The notes below the pieces were generated by a model. That model was not told the DNA's origin. It was given only the letters and a program-made list of their open reading frames with translations, and ran no database searches. The position numbers and the translations under genes are program-made. DNA of 64,000 nt from Octopus sinensis (lineage: Eukaryota), in contig NC_043014.1 in NCBI RefSeq assembly GCF_006345805.1, forward strand, positions 20,956,001 through 21,020,000. Reading direction: 5' to 3'. Below are positions 54,491-64,000 of this stretch, piece after piece (the first letter of the stretch is position 1; every line of letters starts with the position of its first letter).

Positions 54491-55545
54491 GGGGTGTAAT
54501 GATAATGATCGTTAAACAAAGAGAAATTACTATGTTATTGACCGTTATTAAGACAAAAGAGCTATTTGAATGACCGTTAGATAAGGGGAAAAAACCGAAG
54601 GGGAGAAAGTAAATGAGTAAGGAAGTAAAAATGCACATAGAAATTGCGTAAGCGCGCATATACATACATACACATGCGCGCACGCACACCCACGTACATG
54701 TGCCCATATGCATATGTTCACTCCCACTCGTGAGAAACATACATGCACACCCACTCATGCACCTATATATGCACATATATATGCAACCATACATGTACAT
54801 GTATGCATATCCGCGCACACACACGTGCACATACCCATACGCACACAATTATATTCTAATACACGTATAAATTACGCACTTATGCATATGTTCACTCACA
54901 CACGCATAAAACACATGCGCGTACACCAACATATATATGCAACCATATACATGTACATAAATACATACCCGCGCACACGCACACACACACATGTATATAC
55001 CCATACGAACACAAAAAAGTTCATATACACGTCTATATACGCACATGCACAAGAAAAATGCAGGGTGAAAGATAAAATACAGAAAAAATGTGTAAAAATA
55101 TATAAAGCCAAAAAGCAATAAAAATATATATATATAAATATGTAAAAATATGTAAAATATACAGTATATATGAAATATAGAGAGATAAAATGCTTGTACG
55201 TGGACACAATATAAAAAGCGGGTTCTATCTGTGATCTTGGGGGGACCAAAAATGCAACAAATATTTAGCCATATGTGGACATGAACCAAAAGGTTCAGTT
55301 CTTGAATTTAGACATGTAGCGGGGTCCAAGCTGCTTTTCCAGAGGAGCCATCTTTCCATATCACAAAGACCGCACTTACCACTGCCGTTGGTGTAAGATC
55401 TTCTAATATTTGGCTAATATCTTCTAATGAATGTTGTGACTGACACCTCTATCTTTTAAGGACCATATAATATTTTGGTCGTTTTTCTTTTATCCCACTG
55501 CCTGTAGCTCAAGGTGTGATTGTTGAACCTGGCTTTATATATATA

Positions 55546-56302
55546 CAGGGTACAGTGAATAAACTGTCGCCTAAATTGCGCAAAAATGAAAATAACACTG
55601 ACATCACATTTTTACAGATATATTTACCAAAATTACGTAAAAATATCTTGAAATACTAAAGAGTAAATTTATTCAATAAAATCGCCATTGGCTTCAACCA
55701 CGGCCTCCAGACGACTTCTAAATTTCCTGCAGCGCTTCTGGACAGTCTCCTTGTTTAAGTTGGTGAATGCTGCCATAATACTTGCCTTCAGTTCATCTTT
55801 GATGTAACAAGGTTGATCTCTCGCTCAACTGCGCGCCACACATTATAACCAAGGGGTTGCAGTCTGGGGAGTTGGGTGGCCAGGTATGGTTGCAGAAATT
55901 GTCTGACAGCCATGACTGGGTTCTCCTACTTGTGTGGCATGATGCAGATTCCAGTTGCCAGACACAGTGTCTTCAAACAGCCACCCTCTTTACCCAGGGC
56001 AGTACTACCTCCTCCATGCACATGATGTAGGCCTCCGTGTTGAGTGTGGGAGGCATAACGTCGCCATCACTAGTGATCACTCAAACATCATGATGTTGAC
56101 TGGATGTTTGATTTTTATCATTCTCAGTACATGTTCTCAGATTGCCGTCTTCAGATTGACGCCCAAACATACTGAAAGGTTCGTATTGGAGCTTCTGGCG
56201 CGAATGTTAAGCAGAACAGCATATCGTTTCCCAATTTCTGGCAGAGTGAATTGGTTCATGGTGCTGTTTTTCTCACAGACGGTGCCCAACTGACCCCACT
56301 AT
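55546..56302 (-). mobile_element. internally deleted maT/Tc1-like fossil
   Basis: Reverse complement IKHPVNIMMF..ITSDGDVMPP, WPPNSPDCNPL, FRSRLEAVVEANGDFIE*. Confidence 0.8.
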
Positions 56303-56336
56303 AGTGTGTAGTCGACAAAATCAAAAGCAAACACAG

Positions 56337-56390
<54 letters not shown>

Positions 56391-56407
56391 TCATCATCAT
56401 CATCATC

Positions 56408-56700
56408 GTGAAGGCGCATAGCTCAGTGGTTAGAGCGTCGAGCTTACGATTGTGAGGTTGTGAGTTCGAATCCCGGACAGGGCTACGTGTTGTGTTCTTA
56501 AGCAAGACACTCTATTTCACGTTGCTCCAGTTCACTCAGCTGTAGAAATGAGTTGCGATGTCACAGGTGCCAAGCTGTATGGGCCTTTGCGTTTCCCTTG
56601 GATAACATCGGTGGCGTGAAGAGGGAAGACCCTTATGCATGGGCGACTGCTGCCCTTCCATAAACAAACTTGCCCGGATTGGCCAAAAATCACCCGACAA
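56408..56700 (+). mobile_element. SINE family C (tRNA head + CORE-like segment)
   Basis: ggcgcatagctcagtggttagagcg..gagttcgaatccc; ttcttaagcaagacac. Confidence 0.88.
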
Positions 56701-56894
56701 AAAATCAAAATTCCATAAATGTTCAATTTTATTTATTCATTCCAATTATGAATGTTTACAAGAAGGACTTCAGTTTGAACAATTTTCACGATGTTTCATG
56801 TTTAGATGCTTTTGTCAAATCCATTCAACTGTTATAAATCTTGGAATTAAATGGTTTTGATTTACCGTCAGGTGACCTTTGGCCAATCCCTGGT

Positions 56895-57250
56895 ATATAT
56901 TCTTCTATTCTGTTACTTGTGTTGGTCATTTGACTTCAGCCATACTGGAGCACCACCTCCAGTCGAACAAATCGATCTAAGAACTTATTCGTTGTAAGCA
57001 TAGTACTTATTCTATCGGTCTGTTTTGCCGAATCACTAGATTACGGGGACGTAAAGACACTAACATCGGTTGTCAAGCGATGGTGGAGGACAAAATGACA
57101 CACAAGCATATACCAAATCCACTGTCAAGACTTTGGTTGGCCCGAGGTTATAGCAGAAGACATTTGCACAAGGTACCACGGGGTGGGACTGAACGCGGAA
57201 CCATGTGGTTGGGAAACAAGCTTCTTACCATACAGTCACGCCTGCGCCTA
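56895..57250 (-). mobile_element. SINE family A, older copy lacking the internal microsatellite
   Basis: Homology to family A. Confidence 0.8.
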
Positions 57251-57412
57251 ATCAACAATTTTATATATTTATATACACATATACATATATATATATACAT
57301 ATATACATATGTATGTATATATGTATGCATATATATACACACACATATATATATATATATACATACATACATATTATATATATATATATATATATACATA
57401 CACACACACACA

Positions 57413-57507
<95 letters not shown>

Positions 57508-57544
57508 ATTTATGTACGTATTTGTATATGCATACATATCGAAT

Positions 57545-57680
57545 GGCTGTGTGGTGAGTAGTTCTGGGTTCAGTCCCACTGCGTAGCACCTTGGGCAAGT
57601 GTCTTCTATAGCCTCGGGCCAACCAAAGCCTTGTGAGTTGATTCGGATTGACGGAAACCGAAAGAAACCCGTCGTATACA
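57545..57680 (+). mobile_element. SINE family A head fragment
   Basis: gggttcagtcccactgcgtagcaccttgggcaagtgtcttc. Confidence 0.8.
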
Positions 57681-57703
57681 TATATATACATATGCGTGTT
57701 TGT

Positions 57704-57773
<70 letters not shown>

Positions 57774-57996
57774 TGTGTGTGTGTGTGTGTGTACATGTCG
57801 GTTGGGAACAGGTATCCATGATGTATATATTTAAATTTTGCTGACTGAAGTGTAATCATGCATAGATATATTTATGTCTGTCTATCTATTTCTCTCCCCG
57901 CTCTCTCTTTCTGTATATATATATATATATAACGGGAAGCTTTATGAAAATAAACAAAAGACGAAGGCAGGTGGAGTACAACAAACAATTGTATTA

Positions 57997-58039
<43 letters not shown>

Positions 58040-58075
58040 TGTATGTATGTATATATATATATATATATATAATAT

Positions 58076-58154
<79 letters not shown>

Positions 58155-58159
58155 ATGAT

Positions 58160-58362
58160 CCCTTAAGCACCACCAGCTCAAATATTGTCTCCTCTGTCTT
58201 CCCTCCTTGGGATCTTTCCTTCTCCTTGTTTCCGACGAAGAGCTCCGCTCGAAACGTTAAACCCTCCTTCCCTTCTTTCCTGAGCGTCAATAATACTTTA
58301 ATTGTTCCACGTCCTGCGTTGCTGTGTTTTTTTCTTTTTTTTCTGTGTTTTCTTGTTTGGAT

Positions 58363-58368
<6 letters not shown>
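58160..58368 (+). mobile_element. ~210-bp pLTR/retrozyme-like unit within (TA)n carrying a hammerhead-like motif (58228-58262)
   Basis: gttt-CCGACGA-A-gagc tcc gctc-GAAA-cg-TT-aaac; same motif family as 49411-49447. Confidence 0.6.
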
Positions 58369-58409
<41 letters not shown>

Positions 58410-58610
58410 ATAGCCTCGGTCCGACCAAAGCCTTGTGAGTGGATAAATGTATCTATATGTGTGTGTGTGTGTTTGTGTCTGTGTTTGTCCCCCCAACATC
58501 GCTTGACAACAGATGCTGGTGTGTTTACGTCCCCGTAACTTAGCGGTTCGGCAAAGGAGACCGATAGAATAAGCACTAGGCTTCCAAAGAGTAAGTCCTG
58601 GAGTCGATAT
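58410..58610 (+). mobile_element. SINE family A partial
   Basis: Homology to family A. Confidence 0.8.
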
Positions 58611-58914
58611 ATACATTCATTTATTCTTTTATATGCTTCAGTCCATGCTGGAGCACATGTATATATTATAAAAATGAATATAGAAACAGCTTTAGACATA
58701 CACTTTGACAATATATCCGTGTGTGTTTGTATGTGTCTGTGTGTATGCGTGTGTCTCTGTGTGTGCATTGTGCGTAAGTGTGTATCTTTCATAAGTGAGA
58801 GAGAGAGAGAAGGAGAGAGAGAGAGAGGAGAGTAAGAGTGAGTTGTGAGAGATGCATAAGTGGGTGAACGAATAAAAAAAGCACCTAATTATTTTATCAC
58901 TCTCCAGGCATCCA

Positions 58915-58949
58915 CCATCATCATTATCCATCATCATCATCATTATCAC

Positions 58950-59000
<51 letters not shown>

Positions 59001-59220
59001 CATCCTCCTCCTCCTCCTCCTCATCATCATCCTCATCCTCATCCTCCTCCTCCTCATCATCATCATCATAATCATGATTATTATCATCATCATCATCATT
59101 CATCGCCATCGTCGTCCTGTAGTCACCACCGTCGACATTATCATTATCATCGCCATAACTACCATCACCGGCTTCTTGAAACGTGCTACGACAATAACAA
59201 CAACAACACAACAACAGCAA
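58915..59220. repeat. (CAT)n/(CCT)n/(CAA)n compound trinucleotide tract
   Basis: Direct inspection. Confidence 0.95.
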
Positions 59221-59420
59221 CTACTACACCTACATTCTACCTTTTATTTCTTCCTTCTCCATTTGAAGGAGGAGGGAAAGTAAGATGCGGCGAGATAGGA
59301 AATAGCATAGGAATGATATATGAATGTATGTATATGAATGCGTGTGTGTATATCATATATATATATATACATACATATATATATATTTATGTGTGTGTAT
59401 GTATATATATATATACATAC

Positions 59421-59459
<39 letters not shown>

Positions 59460-59554
59460 AATGTGTGTGTATATGTTTATATACAGATATCTATATAGAG
59501 AGAGTGAGAGAGGGAGAGAGAGAGAGCGAGATAGATAGATAGATAGATATATAT

Positions 59555-59625
<71 letters not shown>

Positions 59626-59829
59626 GGAGATTATGAAGTCGATGATCAAGCAGAATTGTTAGCACGCCGGACAAAATGCTTAGTGGCATTTCATCTGTCT
59701 TAGCTACAAGAAGAACAATAGTAATTATTATAAAAATGAAAATAACTGCACCCGTCAAAGAAATAGTCGGCTGGTGTTACACAAAATGGTATATTATGGT
59801 ATAATCTCCCATGGTTTACAAATATTGTT

Positions 59830-59990
59830 ATGCAGCTTGCTAAGAAGATTTACGGTATTCTTTCATCCGTCTAGTAAGTATAGTAGAATCTTTAACAAAC
59901 ACAATATCAAACTTTCTATTTCTACCACACTTAATCTAGCAGATACTATTGCCGGTATTAACTGCTTTAGGAATAATAAGAATTTCTCCA
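59830..59990 (+). mobile_element. Penelope-like linker fragment
   Basis: HPSSKYSRIFNKHNIKLSISTTLNL resembles KHHKYYPIFNKSSVKLSYSTTPSL at 25960-26040. Confidence 0.55.
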
Positions 59991-60426
59991 ATAATAGTAA
60001 TAACATCAACCCTAACAGAAAAAGAAGCCAAACCCAGTCTATCAATTCCCATTCTGCATATCAAACATCTAGTAGACCGTGCAGAGTTGTTTTAACTGAG
60101 ACTGAATTTACTAAAGATTAAGGTGTAACAGCTATACCTGCTACTGTTGTGCGCCACACTCACTTGACACGTGGACACAACAGTCATAATAATAATAGTG
60201 ATAGTGGCAGTGAGGATTATTGTATTAACAATAGTGGTGGAACTAATTGTAATAGTAATTATTATAATTATAATAACGATAACAATGATAATATTAATAA
60301 TGGTAATAATTACAATAATACGAATAATGTTTGCAATAGCGTTAATACGAATTAACTTCAGTAATAAAATGAATAATCACCACAGATGAGCAATAACAAC
60401 AATAACAACAGTAATAATAATAATGA

Positions 60427-60468
60427 ATTTTACCCCAGTGTCACTTTGATGGCATGCACTGCTCTCTC
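60427..60468 (+). mobile_element. 3'-terminal 40 bp of the TAA-flanked element followed by (AAT)n
   Basis: ttttaccccagtgtcactttgatggcatgcactgctctctc matches 40508-40550. Confidence 0.8.
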
Positions 60469-60534
<66 letters not shown>

Positions 60535-61394
60535 TTGATGTACTGGTGTAAATATATACCGCATAAAGGTATGTATTAAATAATCCCTAATATATTCTCA
60601 TTTCGAAGTTAACTTGATTTTGTATTTGTAGTAGGAATACTGATATTATTACGAAATAAATCTTTATAAATGTAGCGTTAAAATTAATCTACATACCGTC
60701 ATTTACGTTGGGGCCACTTCTTACATTTTAAAATCAAGCCAACATAATCATCTCCATCCATTTAGAACACAACATCGCTCTCCATGATGTTAACTCCAGG
60801 AGTTAAGAGGAAAATATATCGATTTTCATCTAACGTTTGTTAGCGATTGGTATGGTTGGAATTGTTGGAAATCTTAAAACGGCAAGGATGAAGTTATTAA
60901 TAGATCAAATAAATTAAGGATCAACTGACGCCGTTCTATCCGAAGAACTTTTTTATATCTTAAACCGATTCTATAGTCTTCCTTGAGTACTAGATATGTA
61001 TCTATGACCCTACAATATAGACGTCATCACTAGTAATATGATTCATGAATAATATTTAGGTAGTATAACTTCCTATGTATTATTATAACTGATCATATTA
61101 AAGTCAGTTTAGACAAATATCATTGACTGTAACTTTTAATAACTTTTTCGATTTGCTTTAGCCTATCTTCATATTAGCATACTCTTCCATAGTTACGGGT
61201 TTTAAGATTCTTTATAATTCATTGTAATTCCATAAATTCTTTAGCATCAATTAGCATGAATGGCCTTTATAATTCTTATAAACTCGTTTAACTGTATTAC
61301 TCAATAGTTTTAAATTATGAGTGGTTTAGCTATCTAATGAACGTGTATGATTTTAATTGACTTGCTTTATTACAAATATTGGTTTCAATTTTTG

Positions 61395-61590
61395 GAATGA
61401 GGCCAGTAATTTTAGGAGAAAGGGAAGTCGATTACAACGATCCCAGTGTTCAACTGGTATTTTTTCTATCGACCCGAAAAGATGAAAGGCAAAGTCGACC
61501 TCAGTTTCAGCTCAGAGTGTAAAGGCGGAGAAAATGCCGCTAAGCATTTTGCCAGGCATACTAACAATTCAGCCAGCTTACCGCCTTGGT
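61395..61590 (-). mobile_element. SINE family D, older copy
   Basis: Homology to family D. Confidence 0.8.
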
Positions 61591-62892
61591 TTATTCCAAA
61601 TATTATTGAGACAACACTTGTTTGTAGAATCTTTAAGCGTAAGGTGTTTTGGGTTGTATTTTTTATCGAGAATATCAGTTCTGTTTTTCCTTCTCTAATA
61701 TTTCATGGTCTTCAAATCGTAACTGCTATGCAACTGAATAATTGTTATATGTAAATTTCGATATTTAACTAACATAAATTTGTTAATTTTAAATTTTATA
61801 TTAAAGTTAACACTGAACTACTTTCATTAGTCTAGGATGCACAATCATTTATTTATGCCAATATCGCCTTCCTGACATTATGTTGACAACTTTCTCTATT
61901 TTATTTATCCTATTATCTTTCTATTTCTTTTCCTTTTCTTCCATATCCTTCTTTTCCTACCCCCTCATCTGAAGTTTCGAAGGAACTTCGTTAATCTACG
62001 GTTTACTTCAGTTTTTCTCCATGAATTACTATTGGATGAAACTCAGTTGATTAAAGCTGATATTTTATTAATTATGTAATATGTAATAATTATTACATGT
62101 AATTGATTATGTAATAATTAACTTTATTGAGTGAATAAGTAACGCTAGAATTTATTAACCATGACAATCCTTAGTGTAGCTAATTCTAAAGCAATATTAC
62201 AATGTAAATGGAATTTTTTCAGTAGAGTCGGCGGCTGTTCTTTGAATGTTTTGATAGAGTCAAATGTCATACTTGGCACCTATTATCCGGCGGTATACAA
62301 GCATCTCATTGATAAATGAGGTTGCTAGGTTTAATGACATCTTTAGAATAGAAATGCCTCGAATTTTTAATTTACAACATCACTCTGCTATCCGCGCTTG
62401 TTTGATGACCGGTGGCAGTCCCACCCACTTTACATTTCTTAAATGTTGGTGATTCTGATCAGAAATTCCATTTGCTTATGTGTTTGATTAGCCAACATGT
62501 CGCAGACAGCTTGTTGTATTGATTAGCCTGATGAGTTCAGAGTTGCATAGCATATTACGTTATCTTATGGATGTTGTGCAGACTGCTTACCTGACTGAAC
62601 CATGTTTACGTCACAATAAAAACTCTTAATGAAACAATTGTAGCAATACCAAGTAACCAATTCGTATGTTTTCATCACGCCACACTTAAGCTTCCATTCA
62701 TTGTTGAATACTTTTGAATACTATTGCAGTTGTGAATTAATTAACAACAATGAACTTTCCTTCATCGATGGCTTCCATGCTACGATAATGGATTATTTAA
62801 CTGTCTGTTTTGCGTCATTCTGTCTGGCTAATTTGTGGCGGGCTTCAATTTGACATGCCTCGGTCCTTTATGACTCTCCTCTAATTACAACT

Positions 62893-62942
<50 letters not shown>

Positions 62943-62944
<2 letters not shown>

Positions 62945-63190
62945 GAAATTGGACCAATACGGTAATAACGAATTTTTTAGAGATTCCAATCGGTTTGTTT
63001 CGAGACGCATAAATTATAATGGTTTATTGACAATTATGTCTTTTTTTCGGCATATTTGGCATTAAAATTTTTCTTTTGCCCCTATCTTGTAAATTATTTA
63101 TAAATTTAACCTTTAAAGGTATTTTTTTGATATGCTGGCCATTGATAAAATTTTTTTCGGGAAAATTTTTTTATCCTATATTAGTTATAT
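62943..63190. repeat. copy of the AT-rich repeat seen at 33066-33720
   Basis: tttttcggcatatttggcatt..aaatttaacctttaaa..tatgctggccattgataaaa. Confidence 0.8.
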
Positions 63191-63681
63191 ATATATATAT
63201 AAGGATGAAAGGAACACACGAGTTGATATATATGGAAAAAAAAAGGTCAAGATAGAAAATGCTAAAATAATTTTATAAAAAACATTTCAGTACCGGTTTC
63301 TCTCATTGAGATTTTTCAACTGTAAAAATTAAATAATTAAATTTAGAAAAATTAAAAGAAAAGTTTTTTTTAAAAGAATATTTGTATGGTGGCATTTTTC
63401 TTGTTTCTGCCTATCTCTGTCTCTCTTGTTTACTCTTGTGGGTTCGAGGTCCTTGTGAATTCTTGGTAGGGAAGAAGAAGGAAAACAAGGAAAATCCCAC
63501 TTGTATTTGAACACAATACAAATATTCTTTAAAAAAAAACTTTCTTTTAATTTTTCTAAATTTGATTATTTAATTGTTACAGTTGAAAAAGTCTCAATGA
63601 CTGAAACCGGTACTGAAATGTTTTTTATAAAATTATCTTAGCATTTTCTATCTTGACCTTTTTTCCAGATATATATGTATA

Positions 63682-63720
63682 ACTGTCTGATGAACGTCAA
63701 CGAGAAACTCAGAGTAACAG
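63682..63720 (+). ncRNA. minimal type-I hammerhead-like motif
   Basis: ctgt-CTGATGA-acgtcaacga-GAAA-ctcagag-TA-acag; stem II weak. Confidence 0.6.
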
Positions 63721-63779
63721 ATTTTGTTGAATTTTCTGGTGCTTTAAATAAAGTATATATATATATATATATATATATA

Positions 63780-63895
63780 GGAAAAGTATTAGACTTATAA
63801 AGACTAAGTCCTGGGGTCGATTTCTTCAATTAAAACCCTTTAAGGAGGTGCTCCAGCATGGCTGCAGTCAAATGACTGACACATGGAAAAGAATA
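63780..63895 (+). mobile_element. SINE family A tail
   Basis: aagtcctggggtcgatt..ggtgctccagcatggctgcagtcaaatgactg. Confidence 0.8.
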
Positions 63896-63939
63896 TGTGT
63901 GTATGTATAAATGTTTTTACACGTGTGTAAGAACCTATG

Positions 63940-64000
<61 letters not shown>

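Noticed and set aside
54706-55015. ~170-bp tandem duplication in CA/TA-rich sequence
   Set aside because: Low-complexity tandem decay; no functional signal.
56412-56490. tRNA-like sequence with A and B boxes
   Set aside because: Continues into the CORE-like SINE body with no proper acceptor stem; it is a SINE head, not a tRNA gene. The same applies to 51225-51295.
58860-59498. 212-aa His/Pro-rich ORF and its Asp/Glu- or Met-rich alternate frames
   Set aside because: Translation of (CAT)n/(CCT)n microsatellites; no domain or splice context.

Overview
Eukaryotic, AT-rich DNA saturated with microsatellites and transposons. The SINE families look like those of Octopus/coleoid cephalopods; this is inferred, as no database search was run. 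I can support one host gene. It is a two-coding-exon minus-strand gene, join(complement 18802..20012, 5553..5853), with a 12.9-kb phase-2 GT-AG intron. It encodes a 503-aa single-pass leucine-rich-repeat receptor: signal peptide, ~12-13 LRRs, an LRRCT split across the intron, a TM helix, and a ~50-aa tail with CxxC, paired YxxΦ and a PDZ-like end. The rest is repeat-derived. It includes R4/Dong-type non-LTR retrotransposons in (TAA)n arrays and a discrete ~0.5-0.56-kb non-coding element that also sits in (TAA)n. There are several Penelope-like (PLE) relics, with five minimal type-I hammerhead ribozyme motifs. One of these lies in an 850-bp coding-free element with a palindromic end and a 600-bp tandem period. 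DNA-transposon relics include a Chapaev3-like transposase fossil, DD37D (maT) and mariner fragments, a Helitron and hAT/Tigger MITEs; there are also RTE/CR1 fragments and four SINE families. Local inverted duplications recur across the window (about a dozen), several centred on (TA)n. Most short ORFs in the supplied track are microsatellite or SINE artefacts. Repeat boundaries are approximate.
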